A stretch of 61,074 nucleotides of DNA from Nemertoderma westbladi (lineage: Eukaryota > Animalia > Xenacoelomorpha): assembly GCA_032718475.1 (NCBI GenBank), contig JAUCBJ010009011.1:1-61074 (forward strand), in the 5' to 3' direction. Within the stretch, counting starts at the first letter, position 1, and every line of letters starts with the position of its first letter. The translations under genes and the position numbers were made by a program. The notes beneath the pieces were generated by a model. It ran no database searches, had not been told where the DNA came from, and was given only the letters and a program-made list of their open reading frames with translations. Of this stretch, positions 12,500 through 24,970 are shown one piece after another.

Positions 12500-15400
12500 A
12501 TTCAGTTAGAGATGAAGCAGAAAAGTCTACAGATGCACTGAATGAGATATTGCCACCAATAACAGACGACAAGGAGGACGCAATGGAAGACGACGTTTCT
12601 AGGCATCAATGACATGCCACTTCATCGATCATCATCACCACCCATGTACATGGAAGGGATGTCATCACCTGACCGAGTGTTGTTGCCAAATTGATGTCAA
12701 AATCCTGAGTAATAAACAGTGTGTTATAAACTACAGCATGCATTACGAAGGTAGACTACGGACGGAGCCCATACATACCTAAAGGGATATTGTGAAATTG
12801 GTTTTCATCAAAATGAAGGCTGCAACGTTACTCTCGAAGGGAAGAAACGTCAAGTTCTACGGGACGGTGTCGTAATCGACTCGTGGGCTCCGTCGTTTTT
12901 GCAGTAACTCGTTTTAATGGGGTATCTGCGTCCTTTCGAATATCGATAGCTTCGTGGAATATTAATGGAGTAACGGACAAACTAGAGAAGACTCATATTC
13001 TTGAACATTTAGTAAAGTATGACATTGTATTTATCAATGAAATAAAAACTAATAAGCGTATCAAAGTCCCCGGTTTCCGCTCAGAGTTGTCGACTTCCAT
13101 TGCCGGACATAGAGGAGATGTAGGCGTTCTCTATAAGCATGGGATGGTTGACAGCATACTATGCATAGATACATCGTTTGATGATCAAATCTGGGTTTCT
13201 TTTAAATCATTTCCAGATATCGTTTTTGGTTCATTTTACCTACCACCAAATGACTCGCCTTACTATAGCCCCATAATGATATCGCAAATCCAAGCATGTT
13301 TGATGATGAAACGAGAAAAACATTATATTATACTTGGCGATATGAACTGTCGACTCAGTACGTCAATATCAAACTGTCATGTCGCAATAGCTGCAGCATA
13401 TCCTACATTAGATTTGTCTAGGAATAAAAGTTTAGATGCGTTACAGTCTCCTAACTTAAATGGTAAAGATATATCATCTCTGTGTACAGACTGTTTATTG
13501 CTTCCTTTAAATAACCAGCCTTACCGGATGTCCATATCCACCAAGCGCTAACATTCCATAGACGTGACTCATGGATATCCGAATTAGATTGGTGTTTGAT
13601 TGATCCCTTATTGTTGAAATGCGTAACAGGTTTGAATATAAATCAATCTATTAAAGGATCAAATCATGCTTTATTATCAGTTTCATTCAATTTCTCAACC
13701 TTTTGCTCGCCTTCACGTAGTGAGCTTATTGATCGCGTTTGCTTGCTAACGGATCACGCCGTATTACATAACCAGCCGAAAATAAAGAAAAATAAACGCC
13801 GTTTGCATATCAATGAAGTGGAGGAGCCTATCAAAATTAAAGAACATCTAAATTCAATAATGCCACCTCGTACCGATTCAGGTGATATTGATGGACAAAT
13901 AGATGACCTTATTGATGCAATTAATATCGCCACTAATTCTGCAAAGTCGTATATGAAATCAAGAGAGACAGCGACTAATAATAACAGATGGGAAAATCTG
14001 ATTAAGTCGAACAACTCCAAAGCAATTTGGAAAGGAATAAACTGGAATGGAAATTTAGAAGTAAATGATAGCGATGAAAATGAAACTCCAACAAACAAGG
14101 ATTTCAAAACTCACTTCGAAAACCTTCTTGAAGGATCAACAAATACAACCAATCCAACTGCCAATCTGGGGGGCGGAAATAATGGAGCGGAAAATATATA
14201 TATCCCAATCCTGGACGATCCGATAACGTTTAAGGAAGTCACAGAGGGTATCCAAGGTCTAAAACCGAATAAAGCGGCTGGGCCAGATGGAGTTAGTCCG
14301 GGGTTTTTGAAATTTCTACCAGTTCAATGGGTTTTAATGATATGTGCTATATTTAATTCCATATTTCAATGCGGTATATATCCTGCTAAATGGTGTTTTG
14401 TAAATTTGCATGTCATTTTTAAACGAGGAAAACGTAATTCATGTAATAACTATCGCGGAATAAGTGTTGCTGATAGTTTGTGTAAGCTTTATGACATTAT
14501 ATTGTCCAAAGGGCTTTCAGCTTGGTTCAGGCCCTTCCGTGATCAAGCTGAAAACCAGAAAGGGCGGGGATGTATCGAACTTTTAGGCACTTTGCAATTG
14601 CTGATAAATTATGCGCTATGCAAAAAAGTAAAATTGTACATAATATTTATCGATTTTTCGAAGGCCTACGACCGTGTACCTCGCGAAATATTATTATCAG
14701 TTCTTAAACGTCTATGTTGTGGCTGTGTTATGTTAATGGCGATTGCGGCAATGTATGCTTCAACCAAAAGCATATTAGGTGTTGTAATTATAATTGCTAT
14801 CATTGGTGTGCGACAAGGATTTGCTACTTCTGGTATCTTATTTGTAATATATCGAAATGAACTGGCTTTGCCAACCAGATGGGTTTCTAGAATGGCTACA
14901 TTGTCTTTTATTCATGGATGATGCAGCCATTTTGGCAACAACTAGAGAAAGAGCCTTTGATAAATTTTCAGTATTGTGCAAATTTTGTGTGGACTACGGC
15001 ATGCAAATAAATGGTGTAAAGTCGAAATTCATGGTAATAAATGGTGGAGGGTGTGATAGAGTACCATTCACAGCTGACGATATCGTGATAAAGCATTGCG
15101 ATAAGTACACATATTTAGGGTCCATTGTATCGTCTGACGGCCGAGTACGTACTACAGTACGTGAGCATAACAGGGACAAACAGAAACACCTCCACAAATT
15201 TATCACCTTCCTAACTGCAAACCCAGACCTGCCGTTCAACATCAAGAACCAAGTATTTACGGCTTGTATTAATGCAGCCCTGACCTATACATGTGAAACT
15301 TGGTTCTGTAACAATATAAAAGAACTTGAATGCACCTATATGACCGCAATCAAGGTGCTTTTAAGCGTGAGGGCTTCCACTACGAACAATACAACACTGA

Positions 15401-16160
15401 TAGAGTTAGGCCAATCCTCACTTATCGCGATAGTAAAAGAGAAGCAATACAAATATTACACATCCATGTTAGACAACCGCACCAGTTTCTTAGTTGACCC
15501 ATTAAGCTATGCCATTCACGTATCTCGAATCAACAATACCCCGGCTTGGAAACATATAAATACAATTATCGATAACAAAGGGAAGTCATATATCGTCGTG
15601 GACATAAAGAATCGTAAACGGAAGTTAAGACAATCGACGAAAACAAAGTCTGCAAAGTACGTTAACAAACACAACCCAGATCTAAACTGAAACTAAGTTA
15701 CGTCCAGGAGCACCATCGGAAAGCAATGACACGATTTAGATTCACATAATCTACGTATTGAGACTGGGCGGTGGAGTAGAATACCTCGTGAACAACGCAT
15801 GTGCCCATGTAATGGAGTAGACATCCAGGATGAACAACACATGTTGACTAATTGCGAAAAAAACAAAACATATACGGGACAGCTGCAGCAATATAGACCT
15901 ATCACTTCCGGGTATTTACAACGAAGATTGTACTGTAGTAGCATTTAAAATTTTTCAGATTGCCATGGTTAAGAACTGATGTCATGCAAGGTTAATCTTA
16001 AATTGTGCTATTTATATTTATATTAATATTTACTTACTTAATTTGAAATTGTTTGATAGGCTGATATTTGTATATGTTTTGGTGTTTGATATGGTGTATT
16101 ACGTTATGTCAGTAATTTCTGTTAATATGGACAATTGTCAATAAACATTACTACTACTAA
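12500..16160 (+). mobile_element. Decayed LINE (APE + RT + C-terminal Cys/His motif; RTEX-like) with (TAC)n tail
   Basis: APE: SWNING, INEIK, LGDMN, SNH; RT: KAAGPDG, NYRGIS, FIDFSKAYDRV, GVRQG, LFMDD; LRIETGRW..REQRMC..DEQH; ends AATAAACATTACTACTACT. Several frameshifts. Confidence 0.9.
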
Positions 16161-16380
16161 AAACGTTGTTCTTGTTACCAGTACAATTCTTATTGTCTTG
16201 TAGTAAGTACTATCTGATATTAACATTAATAGGTAGAGGTACAAATGTATATTTTTACTGCAGTATGAAAATGCTTACTGCAGTACTGACATACGGCAAT
16301 GTTGTCCAATTTATTATTTTGCCTGTTATACCTTTTAAATGTTTGCATTCTGAACTTAGTTATCTTGAGACTTACTTTTA

Positions 16381-16719
16381 GGTACTGGTGTTTTATAGGT
16401 ACACCCCCCTATTATTGAATAATATTCTAGAACATCTTAGCTATTCAGAACTGGAAACAAAATAGTTCTAGAACAAATAGTTTTTGTTCTATAACATTTT
16501 AAAAAATATATAAAAAAGAACAATTTTTTTAAATTAAAAAAATATATTTTTTACAAGGTGTAATCATAAATCTTAGCTATAGAAAATTATGGCACATACG
16601 GAACTCTAGCCCATGTTCTAGAACAGATTCAAAAAACAATTTGTCAAAAATTAGGTATAATAAAAATTTTGAGGGGGGGGGGGGGGGGGGGGGGGGGTTA
16701 CCTATAACACACCAGTACC
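16381..16719. mobile_element. Merlin-like MITE
   Basis: ~21-bp TIR GGTACTGGTGT(T/G)TTATAGGTA; GGTAC fits the Merlin GGnrm start; 8-bp TSD TACTTTTA/CACTTTTA with one mismatch. Confidence 0.75.
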
Positions 16720-16839
16720 CACTTTTACTGTTTTACACTTACATGGATATTACAACTGTTACTAGGAAGTCAAACCGTAATTGCACTCATAGAACAAATA
16801 GTCTCAATGGTGGGTTAGAAAATTTGCAACACAGAACTA

Positions 16840-17132
16840 AAGGCCTGTTTACACGTGGCAACTTTACCAGCAACTTGGCCGGCAACTTTTAGAGCAACTT
16901 GGCTAGGTTGACTGTAAAATAGTGGGTCATTTTATCTACTAGCTAGTTTTTGATAATTTAATTTGATTATTCGCCAACGCAAATTCCTTCAAGTTGCCGT
17001 AAAAGTTGAGCAACTTTTACGGCAACTTTTTTACGTGTTTACACGGAGCAACTTGATCGGCAACCTGGGTTGCTCTACAAGTTGCCGAGAAAGTTGCTCT
17101 AAAAGTTGCCACATGTAAACTAAACAGGCCTT
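16840..17132. mobile_element. Palindromic MITE (Harbinger/Tourist-like or TA-targeting)
   Basis: TIR AAGGCCTGTTTACACGTGGCAACTTT vs AAAGTTGCCACATGTAAAC(TAAAC)AGGCCTT, flanked by TA; many internal GCAACTT/AAGTTGC repeats. Confidence 0.8.
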
Positions 17133-17439
17133 TACAGTAACAATGATTCTTTAAAGTTTTTAGAGAAAAAAAACAACCTCGGACAAACAAAGGAAGCCAA
17201 AGCAGAAAAAATTCAAAAGAGGTGCTAGTGAAACTATTAAGTCCAACCAGGCTATTGGTAATTCTGTACCTGCACTTTCACCAGTTGCGAGTGGAGCCAG
17301 GTTAAGTTACACTAACGTTATGGATAATAACAGTTTGGCTACCACTATCATCCCTATAAACACCAATGGGACCACCCCTGACGCACGTGGTGGATAGCAC
17401 TTGCACTTCCACAGACTTTTGTGGACCCTCTACTTTTAT

Positions 17440-19336
17440 ACCAGCATACTTAAACGTGGGTTTTTTAAATGTTGATGGACTAATTTCGAAATTAGGTGAT
17501 TCTAACTTCTTGAAGCTTGTTAGTAAATATGATCTATTTATCTGTGCTGAAACCTGGTTGGACCCTAACTTTGTTCACAGAGTTAATATTCAGGTTATAA
17601 ATTTTTTGTAAATTTTCGTAAATTTAAAGCATAAAAGTGCTAAACGTTTTAGGTTTTAGTGGCGGAATAATTATATATTATAAGCAGGAATTAAGCACCT
17701 TTATCGCACTGGAGGATATTTTCCCGCATGAAGACCTACTCTGGGTTAGAGCTGGTCAAAGTCTCTAATATGTGCAGTATATATCTAAATTCAAAATCTA
17801 CTGCACAAGAAAGTGATCCCATATCAACCTTCGATTTTATCGAGAATGCTATTAGTGCTATAAGTGATTCTGAAAATTTGTTAATTGTAGGTGACTTAAA
17901 CGCAATAACAGGTTCTAGAAATGACTATATTGATAATGATTCGCTTAGCCTATCTAATCTATTGCATTATTTGCGGGATGATTATGTATATGACGACTTA
18001 GAGCTTGCAACTAGTTGTGTTCAGTCTAGTAGAGCAAATAAGGACATGGTAGTCAATACATATGGTCATAGACCTTATGTATTGTTTCAGGTATAAGAAT
18101 ATTTAATGGCCGAATTGGCAGTGATAAATCTGTTGGTAATTTTACTTTCTTTAATAAAATGGGCCAATCAACAATTGACTATATGTTAGGACGAACGCCA
18201 GTCCTTAAGCGTTGCCTGAGTTTTGATATTGGGGGTCCTAATATATTTTCAACACATTGTGTGATTTCAGCACAGTTTTCTATCGAACTCACAAATCCCT
18301 CACCCAGGACTATTGCTTCAATACAAAGTAGGGTAGATGATACAAGCATCAAGTATAAATGGAACCATAATTTTTCTGGAGGACTTTGTTAGAAGGCTAG
18401 AATCGCCTAATTTAACTGGTGACTGGAACTGTATTTTAGATATGATCAATGATAGCATTGACACCATGGATGAGGATGGTGTGGATAAGGTTGTTAACAA
18501 GTTCAACGAAACTAATTTAGCTGCTGCAGATCCCTTCTTTAGATCCTCCACCTCAACCCGCATTAGTGAGGACATCACATATTCTTCTCAGACTCAACCT
18601 TGGTATGATAGCGAATGCTTAGAGAGCAAATATGCCTTCAGGAGAGCAACACTTGATTGGAAATCCAGTGGGTCGTCAGAATCAAGAGCAAACCTTGTAA
18701 CTATAAGGGCAGCGTAGCGTATACCAGGGCCATTAGAATGGCAAAGTACAAATTTAAGAAAAGACAGAGTTCCAGATTGGAAAATCTCAAGGTATGTGAC
18801 AACAAGAAGTAATCGAAGTCATTAAAGTCATCTCCGAATGTCAAGCTAGCTAACAGGTAGGGCCTAGTTTAGATAATTTCATGCAACACTTTGCTGTATT
18901 GTCCAGTAATGGTGGGTCATTTGAAGATGTGGGGGTTACTCTTGAAACAAACATTGATCTCGAAGATGCTAAAAATATTTTCAAAACTCAACTTAGTCAG
19001 CCTTTAGCTGAAGATGAGGTTCTGGAAGCAATCAGGCATCTGAAAACAGGTAAGGCGAGCGGCATGGACGCAATTCTAAATGAATTTTTAATCTTTGGGC
19101 ACTCTCAACTTGTCCCCATCATTACGGGGATATTTAACTTAATTCTCTTTTCTGGAAATTTCCCATCTGCCTGGTCTACAGGAATATTATCACCAGTCTA
19201 CAAGAGGAAAGGCGAGAGGATTGACACCAATAATTATAGGGGGATTACTCTTCTTAGTGTTGTCAGCAAGCTGTTCACTTCCATCTTAAATACCAGGCTT
19301 ACCTGGTGGGCTGATGTGTTTGGAGTTATTGTATAG
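17440..19336 (+). mobile_element. Second decayed LINE (APE + 5' part of RT), 3'-truncated
   Basis: FLNVDGL, ICAETW, VGDLNA, STIDY, QPWYDSEC, LKTGKASGMD, NNYRGITLLS; many stops and frameshifts. Confidence 0.88.
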
Positions 19337-19899
19337 TCAAGTCCCCTAAATTGAGACAGGTTTCAAAGTTCCAAGATTTACACAGATTTTTACAGTGTCA
19401 ATGCTGTGTTTGATAGTATTGATATAGGGGTATGAATAGCCGCAGAATCGATTTTTTTTTGGTCTTGGAGGCATACCATGCCTCCAAGAACTTTTTTTTC
19501 TTTTTTATTTCAATTTGATAGACTGGTCTGATAGAGCCTTACTGGAAGAATCATTCATTCAATAATTCAATAAGACAGTTGGGCAATATTATTCGGAAAC
19601 AGGATTGAAAATCCTATGGTTTTACGTTGCGAGTACATGTATCAATTGCAATACTAATATTTCTCCTCCAATGCAGGGGCCCACTGTTGCTCAGCAACCC
19701 GAGTCAACAGTGATTATGATGTCGAGGTCTATGGTTGGAGTTTCAACACAACAACAAGAAGAGATTCAGTCAATAGGAAACTCTGACCCTGATGTACTGT
19801 TGTTTGATGCTGATAGCTTGTTGGTTGTGGGAGAAGAGGAATTTATTACATTGGAACTGGAGGAAAATATACAACCTGCCGCACCTGGGAGTAATCCCA

Positions 19900-20440
19900 G
19901 TATGAGTTTATGACCATGAGAAAATGTGCGTGCACCACTCGTTTTTGCTACGCTCATTGATGAAGCAATATACCAATCAATCCCTGCGACAAAGTGAGGT
20001 TCCGTTTGAGAATGACAAGGGCAATGGTTTCAAAGAAGAAGTGTTGCTGATAGATCGGAAGAAAATTCTGAACGACATGAATAAATATTTTAAATATCCC
20101 AGTGTTATTGATATTCCTATTAAAATAAAATATGCTGGCGAGGTTGGAGAAGATGTTGATGGCCTCTCCCGGGATGCATATACTGCATGTTGGAACAAGT
20201 GTTTTATCCTTTGGGCTGATGGGGAAGACTTTCGAGTTCCTGCACTCTCACCTGAGTTTCAGTTGGAGTAGTGGACAAGTCTGGCTCAGATACTTATTAA
20301 AGGATACAAGGACTGTAATTTCTTACCATTAACATTAGAGCTGACATTCTTCATTGCTGTTGTTTATGGTGAAGCTGCTTTAATGGGCGACATTCTACTA
20401 GAATCATTTTATTCTTATATTTCTACTTATGATGATTCTA
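19900..20440 (+). pseudogene. G2E3-like HECT-domain remnant (transposon cargo)
   Basis: IKIKYAGEVGEDVDGLSRDAY..W...DGEDFRVP, then LAQILIKGY..NFLPL, resembling the HECT N-lobe of G2E3-like proteins. Confidence 0.6.
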
Positions 20441-20629
20441 TCTCATTATGTTTACCATAAAGGGACATTGTGCACCAACTTATTTGAACCACTGCGAATA
20501 TAATAAGAAAAACAAGAATGACTAATCCAATACTTATTAATAATACTTATTTTATTTACTACTTGATTTACTGGAGCGTTTCCATTATCATGTCCTGAAA
20601 GGAGTCAATAAGACATTGAGCCACATTCG

Positions 20630-20900
20630 ATTGTAAATCTCACCAAAACCACTCAATGCGCGTGCTTATGAGCATGCCCATCGCCGCATCCAGATCTAAG
20701 TTCAGCATGAACACATTGAATATTAACATTTTCTGTACCCCCATCAAATCGAATAATGCATGGTTGGGCGTTCAATAGACCCAACATTTCAAAATATGCA
20801 TGGGCTACTATTTTTGGGTCATTATTACAAAACTTTTAGCCAGATGACCTTTCGCGAAAAGCCATCTATTGCTCCATGAATTGGGAAGCCATATCGCTTT
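20630..20900 (-). pseudogene. IS3EU-like DDE/integrase-core fragment
   Basis: Manual translation of the minus strand: LKRYGFPIHGAIDGFSRKVIWL / NNDPKIVA..YF...PCIIRFDGGTEN; cut at a TTAA at ~20898-20901. Confidence 0.7.
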
Positions 20901-21620
20901 AACCTTCTATCTCCCAGTGTTCCCTATTGGGAGCATTTTTTTAAATTAAAGTAAAGGAATATTAATTTCGGCTTATATTGCCTTTTTAATGTTAATATGT
21001 TTAAGAAGATTGGAATATTCTTTTTTATTTTCAATTTCACGTTTTTTCAAACTTTAAGTTACTCTTTTGGCATGCCAAATTGTGACAATTTTAATTTTTT
21101 TCGATTTTCGGGACATGTAAACAAGAGTAGTCAAAAATGCTACAAAATTGATATGCCAAACCAGTAGTGGTCTCATTAAAATTAGATATTTAAATTATAT
21201 GACATTATTATTTGAAAAAAAAATTTCAGAAAATTTACCATCTTGTGTCAAATTATCCTCTTTAAAAATTGATGTTCCCATTTGGTAACACTGGTGAGAG
21301 ATGATAATGACTTAAAATATCAAGAATTATAAAAAAATATTATTGCTCTAAATGCATTATGTATTACTCTAAAAAATCGTTTCAAATTACATAACTGATA
21401 TATATTTGTGTCCTGCTTTATCAAAAATGACCCTATTGTCCCAATTGGGAACACTATATGGGAACATATTTATGCTGTAAAGCAATATAGTAAAATTTAT
21501 TGATATACTGCAGAACTGTGGATGTATGTAGGATGACTGCAATATGTAAAGCCAAATAAAACCTTATAATGCAATGTTTTGTCCCATTTGGGAATATTGG
21601 TGAAATACTTTTTTCGCAAA
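20901..21620. mobile_element. Possible piggyBac-like terminus inserted at TTAA
   Basis: TTAA|CCTT junction interrupting the integrase; four palindromic subterminal motifs of the type TGTTCCCNNTTGGGAACA; partner end not found. Confidence 0.4.
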
Positions 21621-23231
21621 GTGTTACTGTATTGGGCCAACACTTTACCAGAAAGAACTTCAGTATAGCAGGATTGTATGCTTCAGGGCTCTAAATTAGT
21701 ATTGTACCAGTTTCTTGTTTACCAGTTTCTTGTTTCCCAAGTCCAGTTGACCCAGTTGTGGCGCTGTTTGCACCCAACATAAAGTGGTCTACCTCTATAT
21801 TGAACTATCGCTACAGTAAGTTTACTCAAACCCCTCTTCCTTCTTCTTACATCGCCCTCCTCAGTCGCTGGAAGGACCAACAGCTGACAAACAGACAAAC
21901 TGACCAAACTAAACTCACCTCTCATCTCCTCCATTACTCCACCAACCTACTCATTCTAGGAAGCTACTTCTTCCATCATCCCATCCCCAGCTGGTGTTGC
22001 TCATTCTGACTATATCATCCTGTCAACAAATTACCCCTCATTGCTCACATTCAGTGTCACCAGATGGCTTATTTCACAACCACATTTTATTTTAGCTTCT
22101 ATACACTGCTTTTATACGCCTAACTGGGGGAAAACACAATTTTCAGCCTGACTCACTCACCAACGCAATCGAACCTATCTGTACTGTGTACTGATGACAT
22201 CTGTATCGTGCTGCAACCTACTGAAACTGGAAGTAAATATTTGTATCTAATATAAGTACCGGTACTGGTATGTAATTTGCACTTATGTGATAGGCCTGTA
22301 GTGTATGCATTGCTTCTTTTGAAATAGGCTATGTTTCAGTTGGCCTGTGCTTGTGTATGATACTATGGTATGAGCACTGGGAAGTAGGACTGAAGGTACT
22401 GCCTGTACTACCGTCAACACCCAAATATGGGCATACTTTTCAAATTTGACCATCTAGTGCATTCAAGATTTACAAATTTCCAGATGTTAAATAAGTCTGT
22501 ATATCCACAATTATATTGGCTATAAGACCTATTTGTTCAATTTTCGGAGTCAGCGCTCCGAAAATATATTTTTTAAAAAATTAAAAAGTGCCCATATTGG
22601 GGAAAAAAAAATATATTCCCCAAATACGGGCACTTAACATTGTATTTCATTGTACATAACATTGTACATAACATGTACATACATAACATTGTTAGTACCG
22701 TTTCTCGCCTCAAAATGCCATCTAATATAGTGCCATTCGCAGCTGCATAGACATTACATACATTAAATTACACCCTAATATGGGCACTTTCCGAATTTTT
22801 AAAAAAATTCACATTTTAACTGTTTCAAAATAACAGTTAAAATGTTAAAACATAACAACAACAATGAACACATTAATGATATTAATATTATTATATTATA
22901 TTATTATTATTACACATTATTATTATATTGAATTGCATTTAAAATTGTAATTAAATTATATACATTTAAATTTATACAACAGGTGTATTTTACGATACTG
23001 CATTTAAGGATACCGTATTTGATATTGCATAGATAGATATTGCATTTAAAGATACTGCATTTAAATGGATGTTTAAGATACTGACTGAATTTAAAGAAAG
23101 ATCATAGCCTAACCAAAACATAACAATTCAAAAAATATGAGAAGGAGAACAAACAATAACAAATACCTAAACAAAACAAAACAACGCTGAACGCATGAGT
23201 TTAATACACAGTATATAGTGGTACAACTATA

Positions 23232-24970
23232 TTAGCCACAAAATTTTTTGCAAATATCACAAATATAATCTTCCTCAGCTTCAATATATGTTGATGCAAT
23301 GCACCGATCACACGCCCACCTTGAACATATATCACAGCCAGCCCAGTCTGTATCTCTGCCTTGACCATCATCACCACAAATGTAACAGATTGATTCGTCA
23401 ATGTCGGAGTCAGAATCAATTATTGAACTATGGGCTTTACCCTTTCCACATCCCTTAGCCTTAGTAGTACTGGCTTTCTTTTTGTTACCTTTCTCTTGTA
23501 GTTTGCGCATTTTCTTTGCTTGGATTTCCTCGACTCGACGTTGCTCAGCCTCCATTCCACTGAATACTTTGTCAGAAGTTAGAACTCGCGCTTTTGTCTT
23601 TAAACGTATTGGCCGCTTTTTTCCCTGAGGAATGTAATCAACTGCAGGTTGAAAAACGCTAGCATAGCTCTCTGAGATTACACCATATGTAACCAAGGGA
23701 TTCTGCAGAACTGATGTCAGATGACCAGAATTTGAAAGTCCACTGGAACCCGGACGTGGACCTAGTCCAGTTGACGTTGATGGAATAGTGTAAGGTATTG
23801 GTATAACTGGTCTCTCTGAGACTTGTGGTTGCTGAAAGATGGGAGCAATAAGCTGATCATTCCATAATTGTGATGAATTGTCAAGTGGATGATGACAGGA
23901 CTCAGCAGTCGTGACAGTGCATGTTATAGAACTTGAAAGTCTACTGGAACCTGGATGTGGACCTAGTCCAGTTGAGGTTGATGGAATAGTGTATGGTAGA
24001 ACTGGTCCCACTGCATGTGATTGCTGAAAGTTGGGAGTGATGAGCTGATCATTCAATAGTTGTGATGAATTGCCAAGTGGATGATGACAGGATTCATCAG
24101 TAGTGACAGTAGATGTTATAGAACTTGAAAGTCCACTGTAACCTGGATTAGTGACTGTGGCAAGTTGATCGAGCTGATTAAGCTGATTCAGTAAGTTGAT
24201 GTCAATTGGTGCTGAGATATCACCAGTAGTGCTTGAACGTGTTGAAATCGATATCAGAGACGAGGATGCAGTAGTTGTTGTCACAGCAATGGTGCAGGTG
24301 GTTGACACAGAACTTCCAGTTGATATAGGCATCAAATCCACATCAGCACTATCAATGAGGCCAGAGTGGATCAGCTGTGTCTTATCGATGCTGTTTGGAT
24401 CGAATGGAACAAGTCCTTCTCCCCTAAACCCTGCTTTGATGTTCTTTCTTGTCATGGATTCATCTAATGGAATTCGCAGCATCCGCGGTATATCTGTTTT
24501 CGATATCCACTTTGATCCTCTCAAGCATTGCCCAATGTTTACAAGCTTTGACAGACAGGACTTGAAGCTCTTATACACTGCAACGTCCAGTGGTTGCGTC
24601 ACATGTGTAGAATTGGGAACGAAAGTAATTAGTAGAACATTGTTAATACGTGCCATACGAATTAGATCAACGTTCAAGTGTGGACCACAACTATCTAACG
24701 TCAGAATGTTGACAACGCCTTGTTTCTCGATCTTGTGCTTCAGGAAGAGCTTGGAGAAATATTTGACCATCAAGTCGCCATCTATAAACCCTGACTCAGA
24801 CCGGCCATACACTGCTCAACAGGTCCATTCTTGGCATAATTTCCACCAGGAAAGGCACCCTTGAATATGATGAATGGTGGCATGTCATTCCCACTGGCAT
24901 TAACAGTACAGCCAGCACTTACATGTTCACCAATGCCAGCCTTCAGCTTTGTGGCGCGAGTTAATTTCTT
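23232..24970 (-). pseudogene. pogo transposase C-terminal part (DDE core, duplicated linker, PHD finger)
   Basis: SESGFID, LTLDSCGPH, PNSTHVTQPLD; terminal CYIC...WAGCDICSRW...YICDIC; truncated by the Gypsy LTR. Confidence 0.9.

Noticed and set aside
16671-16697. Long G runs (also ~58752, ~60845) as G-quadruplex regulators
   Set aside because: They lie in MITE subtermini and homopolymer lengths are unreliable.
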